DNA from: Methanothrix sp.
GTDB lineage: Archaea; Halobacteriota; Methanosarcinia; Methanotrichales; Methanotrichaceae
Length of the DNA stretch: 64,000 bases
NCBI GenBank assembly: GCA_037128175.1
Contig: JBAXWY010000008.1
Location: 1-64,000 of the forward strand
Direction: 5' to 3'
Shown one piece after another: positions 49,550 to 61,389 of the stretch; the first letter of the stretch is position 1, and every line of letters begins with the position of its first letter. The notes beneath the pieces are model-generated. The model had not been told where the DNA came from. It saw only the letters and a list, made by a program, of their open reading frames with translations, and did no database searches. Made by a program: the position numbers and the translations under genes.

Positions 49550-50851
49550 TCATAAAACCTTTTGCTTTATCTTCGGCTTTCCCAAAAAGCGGCCATAGCC
49601 CGGAGAAACCTGGAAATCTCCATCGTAGACTACATTGCCCCTAACTATTGTCATTTGAGGAAAGATGGCGTCTTTTCCCTGGAAGGGCGTCCACTCCGCC
49701 CGGCTGTGCAGCCGATCGGCATTTATTTGCGAGATTGACTTGGGATCGACAATCAAGAGATCTGCGTCCTTGCCCGTCTCGATGGAGCCCTTGCCGGCAA
49801 GGCCAAAGATGCGAGCCGGCCTAAAAGCCATTGCATCCACCAGCCTCTCCAGGCTGATCAGGTTTCTTTTCACAGCAAAGAGCATCAGAGGCAACATGGT
49901 CTCTACGCCCGGCACACCAGCCGGCGCCTCCCAGATGTCCTCTTCTTTCTCCTCGGGCAGGTGCGGCGCATGATCTGAGGCCAGAATATCGATCGTGCCG
50001 GAGCGCAGGCCCTGCCAGAGAGCGTCGTTGTCCGCCTGGCTTCTCAGGGGCGGATTCATCTTCAGGTAAGAGCCCTGTTTTTTGTAGTCCTTGGTGTTGA
50101 GCAAGAGATGGTGGGGTGTCACCTCGCTTGTCACCTTTCTTCCGCTCTTCCTGGCCTTTCTGACCCTTTCCAGCCCCTGAGCCGAGCTGAGGTGGCAAAT
50201 GTGCAGACGATTCGTCCAGGCCAGGGCCTTCTCGATAGACTCCGCCTCGGCTGCTGCTGGGCGCGCCTGCGAGTAAACCTCGGGATCATGCCGGCCCAAG
50301 AGTGGCGCGGTCTTTTCTTTTATGATCAATCCGTCCTCGGCATGAAGGCTGGCCAACATTCCTGCCTGCTCCACTTTGCTCAGGATTTTCTGAAGCGTTT
50401 CATCGCTGTGCTCATAGGAAAAAATCTCGCCTATAGATGCCGCCCCGGCTGCCGCCAGCTCATCGATATTTCCTGGCCCCCCATTAAGGCAAAAGTCCAC
50501 CAGGGAGCGATGGCGGGCAATATCCAGCTTCTCTGCAAAGGAACGGGCGTCGAGTGTGCGGGGAATTGTGTTGGGCTGGTCGATTACCGTGGTCACGCCC
50601 CCCGCGGCAGCCGCCGCCGAGCCGCTGGCCCAGTCCTCTTTATAATTGGGTCCCGGATCGCGGAAGTGCACATGAGCATCGACTGCACCGGGCAGAACCA
50701 GCATGCCTTTCGCGTCGATTCTCTCCTCGGCCCGGTGCGCTCCGCCAAGAGTTGCTATCTGTCCATCTTTGATCCAGATGTCTATGCTCATTTGCCCTTT
50801 AACCGTGAAAACCCGGCCGTTTTTTACCACCAAATCAAAGTTTATATCCAA
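49550..50851 (-). CDS. pyrC: Dihydroorotase
   Basis: DAHVHFRDPG, PNT, KMNPPLR, SDHAPH and GVPGVET motifs. Confidence 0.92.
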   Translation of the reverse strand: MDINFDLVVKNGRVFTVKGQMSIDIWIKDGQIATLGGAHRAEERIDAKGMLVLPGAVDAHVHFRDPGPNYKEDWASGSAAAAAGGVTTVIDQPNTIPRTLDARSFAEKLDIARHRSLVDFCLNGGPGNIDELAAAGAASIGEIFSYEHSDETLQKILSKVEQAGMLASLHAEDGLIIKEKTAPLLGRHDPEVYSQARPAAAEAESIEKALAWTNRLHICHLSSAQGLERVRKARKSGRKVTSEVTPHHLLLNTKDYKKQGSYLKMNPPLRSQADNDALWQGLRSGTIDILASDHAPHLPEEKEEDIWEAPAGVPGVETMLPLMLFAVKRNLISLERLVDAMAFRPARIFGLAGKGSIETGKDADLLIVDPKSISQINADRLHSRAEWTPFQGKDAIFPQMTIVRGNVVYDGDFQVSPGYGRFLGKPKIKQKVL

Positions 50852-51317
50852 ACCTCCGCAGCAACTTGCGCCTCTCCTCTACCTGGGGCTGTGTCTCCGC
50901 GCCACGGGGGGAAAAGCCATCGATGACGCCCATAATTCCCCGACCTTGCTCCGTCTCGGCCACGACCACCTGCAAGGGATTGGCTGTGGCGCAGAAGATG
51001 CCGCAAACCTCCTGCACTGCCTTGACGGCGTTCAAAACGTTGATAGGAAAAGCCCCTTTCATCAGCACCACAAAGGTATGGCCGCAGGCCAGGGCCAGAG
51101 AATTCTGTCTGGCTGCCTCGATGAGGCTTTCGTCATTGCCCTCTGTACGCACCAGGCAGTCGCCGCTGGCCTCGGAGAAAGCGATCGCGAACTTCGCGGC
51201 AGGGATGGTGCCCGCCATGACCTCATAGATATCTTCAGCCGTTTTGATAAAGTGGCTCTGCCCTAAAATCAGATTCGCTCCCTCAGGAATTTTTATATCT
51301 ACAGTCTTTAGCTCCAT
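50835..51317 (-). CDS. Adenosine-specific kinase family (DUF355)
   Basis: ILGQSHFIKTAED, AFSEASG, FCATANP and GVIDG motifs. Confidence 0.88.
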   Translation of the reverse strand: MELKTVDIKIPEGANLILGQSHFIKTAEDIYEVMAGTIPAAKFAIAFSEASGDCLVRTEGNDESLIEAARQNSLALACGHTFVVLMKGAFPINVLNAVKAVQEVCGIFCATANPLQVVVAETEQGRGIMGVIDGFSPRGAETQPQVEERRKLLRRFGYKL

Positions 51318-51477
51318 TCATCCATTCCTCGAAGGTGACTAATGTCCTGTGCAGACTTATACTTTAGGGAGATGAGAATTTTTAAGATGCAGGTTGAGGG
51401 GCAGGATCTAAAAGCATTTTAAAAAATGAGTGAAATGGGGTGCAGCTACGGCCCGTCTCGCTTGATATAAATGCGCC

Positions 51478-51762
51478 TCATTTATTGCGTAGTCCCTTCT
51501 TCGGCCCCACGGATTGCTTTGCCAACTGCTTGCTCTTCTTGGTCATAATTGATGATGTGATATAGTACACTACTATGAACAAGATGGCAGAATATATCGC
51601 CATGCTGATCGATTCTACGATGTTTAAATTCAGCAAAAAGTAGGAATATGGGATGTATACCAACAAAACCATAATACCGGCAATGACGGCCTGTTGCATC
51701 AGCGTATACTGCCGAAAGCGCAAAATAAGATCTGCATATTTCAAATTTGGAAAATTCACCAC
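51478..51762 (-). CDS. Small membrane protein
   Basis: Two TM segments; overlaps the upstream gene's stop. Confidence 0.65.
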   Translation of the reverse strand: MVNFPNLKYADLILRFRQYTLMQQAVIAGIMVLLVYIPYSYFLLNLNIVESISMAIYSAILFIVVYYITSSIMTKKSKQLAKQSVGPKKGLRNK

Positions 51763-52655
51763 GGATCCTTCACCTCATCGACTTTTAGCATCCCTTTTCT
51801 GTTCATATAAAGCCTTGTCCACCAGAGATTGGATAGTGGCGCCAAAACCAGTAGATTCACTATGCCAGTGATTGCGGAGATGGATTCCCCTCCTGCCCCT
51901 CCGCCCGTAGAAAATGCGCCGCCCATCATCTGCAGGCCCAAAGATAAAGCAGCTACTACCAGCCAGAGAATTACCACATCAAACTTGTTATACCGGAAAA
52001 AATTTAGGGATGCCAAAACGGCCTGCATGGGCCCTAGATCCTGCACTACCAGGGCATAAGGCATCGTTGCCAGGATCACCGACAGGACCAGGACATAAAG
52101 GATGAACAGGAGCAGGCCTACGGCCAGGAGGCCCATCGCCTGCGAATCCGCTTGCAAAGATGTCGCTCCACCAGCCAGGGCCGGCAGAAGAAAGATCAGG
52201 CCAACCAGTGTCAGGAGACCCATCAGCAGGGTTGCCAGGAACATATTAAAGAAATACTTCTTTCCGGCAGACCACATGGCGCCCGTATTTGATTTTCCTT
52301 CCTCCAGGGCCTGCCTGGCCATGCCGATGGCCCCGGCCGTGAAGAATGCATTTACCAGAGACAAGAGCACGACCAGCAACAGGAAGATTACTGCGATCTG
52401 CAGGATCTTGTCCATGGCAAGGCCACCCAAAGATCCTTGCATCTGAGCCATCAGCTCTTGCATATCCTCAACATTTTGCAGCAACAATGTCGCATTCATG
52501 CTCTCCATGGGCAGAGCGGTAATAAAGAAGGCTGCCAGGAAGGGCACTAAGATCAGCATGGAGACAAAGATGCTGAGCAGGAAGGGAATACATAGGTTTA
52601 AGTTGCTCCGCCAGACGCTAAAACCCTTGCCGATCATCTCACCAATTTCTTCCAT
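51756..52655 (-). CDS. Multi-pass membrane protein
   Basis: About 6 hydrophobic segments. Confidence 0.75.
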   Translation of the reverse strand: MEEIGEMIGKGFSVWRSNLNLCIPFLLSIFVSMLILVPFLAAFFITALPMESMNATLLLQNVEDMQELMAQMQGSLGGLAMDKILQIAVIFLLLVVLLSLVNAFFTAGAIGMARQALEEGKSNTGAMWSAGKKYFFNMFLATLLMGLLTLVGLIFLLPALAGGATSLQADSQAMGLLAVGLLLFILYVLVLSVILATMPYALVVQDLGPMQAVLASLNFFRYNKFDVVILWLVVAALSLGLQMMGGAFSTGGGAGGESISAITGIVNLLVLAPLSNLWWTRLYMNRKGMLKVDEVKDPW

Positions 52656-52658
52656 TCT

Positions 52659-53147
52659 TCATTCCACCAGCTCATTCCAGATCGCATCGCCCACGTGGTG
52701 CAGCGACTTGACCGCCTTTCCTTCACCCTTCATATCCGTTCCCGCTACCAGGGCCCGGCCTATGGCCAGAGGCTTTTGATGCCTCTCCTCTACGATTACC
52801 ACCAGGTCGCCTACAGCTATCTGTGGATCGGCAGAGACTATGCCAGGCTTCATGATGTCTGCCCCATTCACCACAAAACGTACCGCGCCCGCATCTACTA
52901 CTACCAGTCTCTTCTTCGGCATAAGTTCAATGGCTCCGAGCACGGTGAAGAAGGGCTGCTCTTCCACAATCATCATCAAAGGCCGACCATCTACGAAGAT
53001 GAGATCTACCCCCTCGTCGCTTATCGCCATCTCTAGCGATGATTGGTGCAGGCGAGATGGGTCGTCCAGTAAGGGCTCTATCTTAGCGATTACCTTCCGA
53101 GCGTCGCTCCCCTTGAGGTGATGCCTGGATTTTATCTTCATGCACAA
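52659..53147 (-). CDS. PUA-domain RNA-binding protein (DUF1947 + PUA)
   Basis: VVVDAGAVRFVVNGADIMKPGI and LHHVGDAIW motifs. Confidence 0.9.
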   Translation of the reverse strand: MCMKIKSRHHLKGSDARKVIAKIEPLLDDPSRLHQSSLEMAISDEGVDLIFVDGRPLMMIVEEQPFFTVLGAIELMPKKRLVVVDAGAVRFVVNGADIMKPGIVSADPQIAVGDLVVIVEERHQKPLAIGRALVAGTDMKGEGKAVKSLHHVGDAIWNELVE

Positions 53148-53232
53148 CAGAATATCCCGATAGGTTTAAATATGCAACGAGCACGTTTGGATTTTGAAGC
53201 CTTTTGCGGTTATCAATGCTGGAGAGAGGTTA

Positions 53233-53451
53233 ATGGGTCAGAGACCGCTTGATATTCTGAATGAATCACTGAATGGGCCTGTCATAGTTAAGCTAAAGGA
53301 CGGAAGGGTCTTTCGGGGAGAGCTACAGGGTTATGATATACACATGAACCTAGTGCTCGAAAAAACTGAAGAAGTGGCAGAAGGGGCGGTCGCACGCAAG
53401 ATTGGAACTGTGATCGTGCGAGGAGATAACGTAGTATATATTTCACCTTGA
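53233..53451 (+). CDS. Sm-like (Lsm/SmAP1) protein
   Basis: [16 protein letters not shown] and [11 protein letters not shown] motifs. Confidence 0.95.
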   Translation: MGQRPLDILNESLNGPVIVKLKDGRVFRGELQGYDIHMNLVLEKTEEVAEGAVARKIGTVIVRGDNVVYISP

Positions 53452-53461
53452 GGTGTTCTAG

Positions 53462-53638
53462 ATGACAAAAGGTACTCCTTCTATGGGCAAGCGCCACAAG
53501 AGTTCGCATATCCGATGCAGACGCTGTGGCAGCATATCGTTCAACTTCAAGAGAAAAGTATGTGTTCACTGCGGCTTTGGTAATTCAGCCAAGCTGCGAA
53601 TGGGAAGTCACAAGTGGATGAGAAAGGCTGATTACTAG
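53462..53638 (+). CDS. rpl37e: 50S ribosomal protein L37e (absent from the ORF track, 58 aa)
   Basis: Translated by hand: [40 protein letters not shown]...; typical Lsm-rpl37e linkage. Confidence 0.95.
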   Translation: MTKGTPSMGKRHKSSHIRCRRCGSISFNFKRKVCVHCGFGNSAKLRMGSHKWMRKADY

Positions 53639-53648
53639 GGGTTTAAAG

Positions 53649-55055
<1,407 letters not shown>

Positions 55056-55140
55056 ATCAGACCGGGCTTAAGGGATCCGCTAAAAAAATCTTTTTAAACC
55101 ATTAGCTGAAATAAAAAAAATAAAAAATAAAGCAGTTTCT

Positions 55141-56466
55141 CTATGCGGTTTTCTTGACGGGGGGCTTCAATAGCATGAAGGCCACGACAAGTCCTATTGC
55201 AGCCAAGGCAGCTACAACCAGGAAAAACGGCCTATAAGCATCCAGGAATGTAGCGCCGGCTGCGACCTTAGTAGTGGCTGCGATCTCAGCCGCGATAATG
55301 CCTCCGACCACCGCTCCAACACCATAGGCTGTGAAGACCAGTCCGTAGTTCTTGGCGTTGTCTTTCATTCCAAAGAAGCTTGCTGTAGCTGTTGGCGCTA
55401 TAGCCAGCCAGGCACCAAGGCAACCCCAGAGTATGGCGAAGCTGACTATGAATGCCGTGATAGAGGAATAGCTCGCGTACATCAGCAAGCATGCTGCTAT
55501 TATGAGCACATACGTAATCATTGCCGCATTCTTGGGAGTTAGCTTATCCGTCAGAGTGCCAAAGATCGGTCTTCCCAGGCCATTAATAAGGGCGAAGGGA
55601 AGGATCAGTTGGAATACAAGAGCCGTCGACTCTGTCGCACTCATGCCTGCATTTGTCATTACTTCTTTGCCTACTGGCCCGACTATTCCTATGGCCGTCA
55701 GCCCGGCTAGAGCTCCGATGGTATAACATAGCCAGAGACCCTTGAAGGTTCCTGTCTTGGTCATCTCGCTTCGCATGAAGTCAACCTTCTGGGCGGCTCC
55801 GGCCACAGGAGTTGGTGGGGCCCAGCCGGCCGGTTTCCAGCCCGCCGGTGGGAACCTAAGAAACATAGATGCTACAACCGTAATGATGATGAACGCGATA
55901 CCATAGACCTGCAGGATGTTCATTATTTGGAGGCCAGCCGATTTCATGAATAGCGTGGCGTATGAGATCACGGCAGAAGAGAAGCCGAAGCCCAACACCG
56001 TAAGTCCCACGGCAAGGCCACGTTTATCAGGGAACCATTGCGCTGATACCGCGATTGGGACGCCATAAGCTATGCCTACTCCCAATCCGCCGATAACGCC
56101 ATACAATGGAATAAGCATTGAAGGCGAAGTAGCATATGAGGCAGCGAGCCACCCCAGGCCACAGAGTGCTCCGCCAATCATACTTACCTTCTTTGGGCCC
56201 ATCTTCTGTATGTATGGTCCAGCCAGCGGCATTGTTAAAGCAAACAATGCCAGAAATGTGATAAAAGGCCAGGTCATATCAAATGCACTTGGGCCTTTTG
56301 TGGCCGGGTCTGCTATGGCCATTATGGACTTGAAGTAACCTGATATGTCACCTCTCACTGCGCCGTAAGCATAAATGGCACCCAGACAAAGCTGAATTAT
56401 GATGCCTATTACTACCATCATCCATCGCCCACCGGGCGGTTCCTGTGATGCTGAATTTCCAGCCAT
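55141..56466 (-). CDS. OFA (oxalate/formate antiporter)-family MFS transporter, copy 1
   Basis: LCLGAIYA, WFPDKRGLAVG, NGLGRP.FG.LTD and FFG.K..AKNYG motifs. Confidence 0.88.
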   Translation of the reverse strand: MAGNSASQEPPGGRWMMVVIGIIIQLCLGAIYAYGAVRGDISGYFKSIMAIADPATKGPSAFDMTWPFITFLALFALTMPLAGPYIQKMGPKKVSMIGGALCGLGWLAASYATSPSMLIPLYGVIGGLGVGIAYGVPIAVSAQWFPDKRGLAVGLTVLGFGFSSAVISYATLFMKSAGLQIMNILQVYGIAFIIITVVASMFLRFPPAGWKPAGWAPPTPVAGAAQKVDFMRSEMTKTGTFKGLWLCYTIGALAGLTAIGIVGPVGKEVMTNAGMSATESTALVFQLILPFALINGLGRPIFGTLTDKLTPKNAAMITYVLIIAACLLMYASYSSITAFIVSFAILWGCLGAWLAIAPTATASFFGMKDNAKNYGLVFTAYGVGAVVGGIIAAEIAATTKVAAGATFLDAYRPFFLVVAALAAIGLVVAFMLLKPPVKKTA

Positions 56467-56901
56467 AAGTTTAACACCTTTCGATGATAACGATTTATTC
56501 TCATTCGATACATTCAATAAATATAATATGCAATAAGGATGAAAGTTTCCCTGAGTATATTTTTATTAAATCCCTCCTTATCCCCTCCCTCACCCTTGAG
56601 ATATTATTCAATGGCTTGGACCTAATTTCATCTCCCATATATTTAAATTTGGCGGCAAATATAGCGATTATAGATTATAATATTGCACATATCGCAAAAA
56701 TACCGGGGTCAATTTACATTAGTATTCGATGCACGCCCGGCCAAATCCAAAAAAGCAGCCTTGATCGAGCGAAATTATCTATCGCGATCGATAATAGTAC
56801 ATAAGTCCCTTTGCAAATCATCGTTAATGGCAATCTCTCTTAAGGTTAATGGCCAATAGTAGAGGGAGTATGATGCTAGTATGCTAAAAACCAACGGCTA
56901 G
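56462..56901. repeat. Diverged duplicate of the 58250-58690 intergenic/promoter region
   Basis: Shared blocks CCATAAGTTT.ACACCTTT, CATATATTTAAATTT.GCGGCAA, AATCCAAAAAAGCAGCCTTGAT, ATGGCAATCTCT.TTAAGGT and ATGCTAAAA.CCAAC. Confidence 0.85.
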
Positions 56902-56961
56902 ACAAAAATACAATCACCACACAGGACAATATTAAGCAAAAAAAAAGTTTTATTATTTTAT

Positions 56962-58254
56962 TTAAGCTTCGCTCGGTGGTTTTACCATTACATAGGCCAC
57001 GACAATGCCCAACGCTGCCAGTACGGCCACATATGGGAAGACGTTGACATAGCCGCCCAGCATGTCCTTGGCAGCTCCTGCCATTAAATTCCCAATGATG
57101 GCGCCGACACCATATGCGGTGTAGACCAGGCCGTAGTTTCGGGCGTAGTCCTTGGTGCCGAAGTAGCTCGCGGTTGTAGCCGGTGCGATGGCCAGCCAGC
57201 CGCCCAGGCAGAGCCAGAGCAGGGCGAAGGCAACCGTGTACATGGTGATTGATGCCGGATTAGTGTACATCAGCAGGGAAGCCGCGATGATGATCACGTA
57301 GGACAGAATAGCGGTCCTTGGTGGTGTGAGCTTATCGGTCAGAGTGCCGAATAGCGGCCTGCCTACGGCATTGCAGAGTGCGAAGATCAAAGTGAGGTCC
57401 GTTAGTTTCTGGGTTATGTCAGCTTCTGCAATCATGGCATTTGCTGCTACTTCCAGGCCAGCAGGCTTGGCAACTCCGATGGCCATCAGTCCGGCCAGTG
57501 CACCGATCACATAGCAGATCCATAGGCCATAGAACGCCCTATTCTTTGACATCTCATCTCTCATGTAATCTGTCTTCTTGCCTCCGGCAGCAGCTACTGG
57601 TGGTTTCCAGCCACGGGGGGTCCAGCCAGCGGGAGGGAAGACCAGGAACATGGAGAGGGCCACGATTATGATCAAAAATGCTATGCCTAAGATGCGCATA
57701 GAACCGAAAACTCCGCCGAAGCTGGCAGAGATTATCTCCGACATTTTGCCGGTGATATATGCGGAGAATCCGAACCCCAGAAGGGTCAATCCCACGGCCA
57801 GGCCGCGCTTGTCAGGGAACCATCTGGCTGCGGTGGTGATGGGACAGTTGTATGCGATGCCCACGCCAATACCGGCGATAACGCCGTACAGAATCATAAG
57901 CATCGTAGGGGATGTGGCTGTGGAACCCAAGATCCAGCCCAGGCCTACGATGACGCCGCCCAGCATTCCTACTTTTCGCGGCCCATATTTTTCAATGTAT
58001 TTGCCGACCAATGGCATGGTCAGGGCAAAGAACGCCAGGGATGCGATGTAAGGAAGCGACATCTGCATGGCGCTAACGGTTAATCCAAAGCCACCATCGG
58101 CGACGGGGGCAGTAAATACCTTTTTCAAAGGAACGCTAATTATACTATAAGCATACACTGCACCAAGACATAGCTCGATAATTGTTCCAATAATAATCAG
58201 CAGCCATCGCCCTGATTCTGGTGGCATGCCCAATATCTTTACATCATCTGCCAT
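56962..58254 (-). CDS. OFA-family MFS transporter, copy 2
   Basis: Same motifs as copy 1 (WFPDKRGLAVG, CLGGWLAIAPATTASYFG). Confidence 0.88.
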   Translation of the reverse strand: MADDVKILGMPPESGRWLLIIIGTIIELCLGAVYAYSIISVPLKKVFTAPVADGGFGLTVSAMQMSLPYIASLAFFALTMPLVGKYIEKYGPRKVGMLGGVIVGLGWILGSTATSPTMLMILYGVIAGIGVGIAYNCPITTAARWFPDKRGLAVGLTLLGFGFSAYITGKMSEIISASFGGVFGSMRILGIAFLIIIVALSMFLVFPPAGWTPRGWKPPVAAAGGKKTDYMRDEMSKNRAFYGLWICYVIGALAGLMAIGVAKPAGLEVAANAMIAEADITQKLTDLTLIFALCNAVGRPLFGTLTDKLTPPRTAILSYVIIIAASLLMYTNPASITMYTVAFALLWLCLGGWLAIAPATTASYFGTKDYARNYGLVYTAYGVGAIIGNLMAGAAKDMLGGYVNVFPYVAVLAALGIVVAYVMVKPPSEA

Positions 58255-58671
58255 AAGTTTTACACCTTTGTATATCTGAGTTTTTTGATCAATACCTAAA
58301 ATTAATATAATATACTGTCATAACTATAAATGTTAATAATCTTACTTCTATTAATCCCCCCGTATCCCATTCATCACCTTTAAAGAATTACCCAATGGCT
58401 GGGGCCAAATTTTGTCTCACATATATTTAAATTTAGCGGCAATTATAACAATTATAGTGAATATAGATTATACTCACATACATATCGCAAAAATTCTGTA
58501 GTTAATTTACAAATATGTTCGATGCTCATCCTGCCAATCCAAAAAAGCAGCCTTGATTAAGGGTGATTATCTATCGACCTTCGACAATAGCAAATAGGTC
58601 CCTTTGTAAACCATCGTTTATGGCAATCTCTTTTAAGGTGAATGGTTATTGCCAGGGGAGGTGGTGCTAAT

Positions 58672-59241
58672 ATGCTAAAAGCCAACCCCAAGACATCATG
58701 GAACCGCAATGAATGCATGCCAACGGTGGCAGCAACGGCTTACGTGGACGAATCAGCTATGGTTATCGGCGATGTTCGCATCGGAGAGGAGGTTTATGTG
58801 GGCCCGTGCGTATCCCTGCGGGCGGACGAGGCCAACCCCATCATCATCGGCGATAAGTGCAACATCCAGGACGGCGTTGTCTTCCACGGCCTGATGGGCA
58901 GCTCCATACAACTCGAAAAAAAGATCTCCATCGCCCATGGTGCCGTAATTCACGGGCCCATGAAGATCGAGGATGAGAGCTTTGTGGGCTTCAACTCTGT
59001 AGTTCATGCCTCAACTCTGGGCAAGAAGTGCTTTGTCGGCCACGCGGCGACGGTCATTGGTGTGAAGCTTGCCGACGGCAAGTTCGTGCCGCATGGCGCC
59101 CTGGTAGATACGCAGGAGAAGGCCGATGCGCTGGGACCCGTTCCTGAGAGCCTCAAGCACTTCAATGAGGAAGTGGTCGAGGTTAACCGCGAGTTTGCCA
59201 AAAGCTACGGAGTTAGGAAGAAATCCTGTGTAGGCGAGTAA
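58672..59241 (+). CDS. Gamma-class carbonic anhydrase
   Basis: Hexapeptide repeats, LRADE, NIQDGVVFH, IAHGAVIHGP and FNEEVVEVN; GGAGGTGG before ATG 58672; no signal peptide. Confidence 0.9.
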   Translation: MLKANPKTSWNRNECMPTVAATAYVDESAMVIGDVRIGEEVYVGPCVSLRADEANPIIIGDKCNIQDGVVFHGLMGSSIQLEKKISIAHGAVIHGPMKIEDESFVGFNSVVHASTLGKKCFVGHAATVIGVKLADGKFVPHGALVDTQEKADALGPVPESLKHFNEEVVEVNREFAKSYGVRKKSCVGE

Positions 59242-59396
59242 CAACCGAGTAATAATCAAAAATCTAAATCAATTTTTAATCTCGTTGACCCAAGAAGACC
59301 CCATCCTTCTGGGCGTGGTAGTTGACCGGCCCCCTTCGGACAAGAAATATATACATCCCTCGCTCTAAGCCCCACTCTAGCTTTAGGTGATTGATA

Positions 59397-60425
59397 ATGG
59401 CAAAGATCAAAGCTGGCGTCTTAGGTGCCACCGGTGCCGTGGGACAGCGCTTCATTGAAGGATTGAAGAACCATCCCTGGTTTGAACTGACGAGCCTCGC
59501 GGCTTCCGAGAGAAGTGCAGGCAAGAAGTACAAAGACGCTGCCAAGTGGCGCCTGGAGAGCGAGCTTCCCGATGATATCGCGGAGATGACCGTGGTCAAC
59601 GTCGATCCGCGAGAAGTCGATGCGGATATTGTATTTTCCGCGCTTCCCTCCGGTGACGCCATGACCGTTGAGCCGGCCTTCGCGGCGGCAGGCTTTGCGG
59701 TAGCCAGCAATACCAGCTCTTATCGTATGGTGGATGATGTGCCTCTGCTCATACCGGAGTGCAATTACGACCACCTGGATCTCATCAAAGTGCAGCGGGA
59801 AAAGCGGGGCTGGGATGGATATCTCACCACCAACCCCAACTGCACCACTGTCATGTTCACCCTGCCTCTCAAGCCGCTCATGAAGTTCGGCATCAAGAGC
59901 GTGCATGTGGCCTCCATGCAGGCCGTGTCCGGAGCCGGATATGAGGGTGTGCCCTCCATGGCCATCCTTGGCAACGTCATTCCCTACATCGGTGGAGAGG
60001 AAGAGAAGGTGGAGACTGAGCCGCAGAAGATCCTGGGCCGCTTTGATGGCGAAAAAATCGTGTATGCGGATTTCTCAGTGAGCGCCAGTTGCCATCGCGT
60101 GCCGGTCATGGACGGGCACACGGAAGCTGTCTGGGTGACCATGAGAGACAATCCCACACCAGAAGAGGTCAAGAAGGCCATGCAAAACTTCGATGCGGGC
60201 CTGGGAGATCTGCCCACCTCGCCCAAAAAAGCGATCATCGTCAAAGATGAGCCCGATCGACCTCAGCCCCGGCTCGATCGCGACAGGGGTAACGGCATGT
60301 CCGTATCCGTGGGACGGATCAGGTCGGGAATCAGGTTCATCTGCATGGGCCACAACACTGTACGTGGCGCAGCGGGTGCCAGCATTCTCAATGCCGAATT
60401 GCTGGTGAAAAAAGGCCTGCTTTGA
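59397..60425 (+). CDS. asd: Aspartate-semialdehyde dehydrogenase
   Basis: [28 protein letters not shown] and HNTVRGAAG motifs. Confidence 0.96.
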   Translation: MAKIKAGVLGATGAVGQRFIEGLKNHPWFELTSLAASERSAGKKYKDAAKWRLESELPDDIAEMTVVNVDPREVDADIVFSALPSGDAMTVEPAFAAAGFAVASNTSSYRMVDDVPLLIPECNYDHLDLIKVQREKRGWDGYLTTNPNCTTVMFTLPLKPLMKFGIKSVHVASMQAVSGAGYEGVPSMAILGNVIPYIGGEEEKVETEPQKILGRFDGEKIVYADFSVSASCHRVPVMDGHTEAVWVTMRDNPTPEEVKKAMQNFDAGLGDLPTSPKKAIIVKDEPDRPQPRLDRDRGNGMSVSVGRIRSGIRFICMGHNTVRGAAGASILNAELLVKKGLL

Positions 60426-61387
60426 TGCTGATTGTTGCTTGGGAGGTGACGGCAGCCTGCAATCTGTCCTGCGGCTACTGCCGCGCCTCTGCCTCCTTTT
60501 TGCCCGATGCGGATGAGCTTTCCACAAAGGAGGCGCTTTCTTTTTTAGACAGCATTGCCTCCTTAGAGCCCATGCTTATCTTAAGCGGCGGCGAGCCCTT
60601 GCTGCGGCCCGATATCTTCCAAATAGCGCGTCACGGGGTAGCTTTGGGCATGCGTGTATCTTTGGCCAGCAACGGAACGCTGCTCACACCAAAGGTTGCA
60701 GACGAGATTGCGGCTTCCGGCATCTCGCGAGTCAGCATCAGCCTGGACGGCGCAACGCCTGAGAAGCATGATCTGATTCGCGGCAAGGGTTGCTTTCAAG
60801 CGGCCATGCGAGGAATAGACAACCTCTGCGGTAAGGTCGATTTTCAGATCAACAACACCCTCACCAGCAGAAATGAGTCTGATGTCTCGGCAATCTTCGA
60901 TCTGGCTCAAAGAGTGGGGGCTCGTGCCCTTCACTTCTTTTTCCTGGTGGCCACGGGCCGGGGCCGGGAGGCGGATCTCATCTCGCCACAGCGGCAGGAG
61001 CAGCTTCTCATCGAGATCGACCGGGAGCGAGAATTTCGTTCCCTGGAGGTGCAGGTCACCTGCGCACCCCAGTATGCTCGAATAGCCAGGCCCGGGAAGG
61101 GGCGCGCCGGCGGCTGCCTGGCGGGCAAAAGCTTCGTCTTTGTCTCCCGAAAGGGCGATGTCTATCCCTGCGGCTATTTTCCTCTGCGGGTCGGGAACAT
61201 CAGGGAAAAGAATTTTATAGAGATATGGGAGAATGCGACTGAGCTGCGGGCGCTGCGAGATAGGGTTCTTAAAGGAAAGTGCGGACGGTGCAGCTATTCC
61301 TCCATCTGCGGAGGCTGCCGGGCGCGGGCCTATGCAAAAACGGGTGATTTCCTGGGGCCGGACCCCGCCTGCCGCCTGGAGGTGTAG
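60425..61387 (+). CDS. ahbD: Radical SAM/SPASM protein, AhbD-like heme synthase
   Basis: WEVTAACNLSCGYCRA, TCAPQY, GCLAG and SPASM CGRC...CGGCRARA motifs; adjacent to ahbA. Confidence 0.75.
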   Translation: MLIVAWEVTAACNLSCGYCRASASFLPDADELSTKEALSFLDSIASLEPMLILSGGEPLLRPDIFQIARHGVALGMRVSLASNGTLLTPKVADEIAASGISRVSISLDGATPEKHDLIRGKGCFQAAMRGIDNLCGKVDFQINNTLTSRNESDVSAIFDLAQRVGARALHFFFLVATGRGREADLISPQRQEQLLIEIDREREFRSLEVQVTCAPQYARIARPGKGRAGGCLAGKSFVFVSRKGDVYPCGYFPLRVGNIREKNFIEIWENATELRALRDRVLKGKCGRCSYSSICGGCRARAYAKTGDFLGPDPACRLEV

Positions 61388-61389
61388 CC

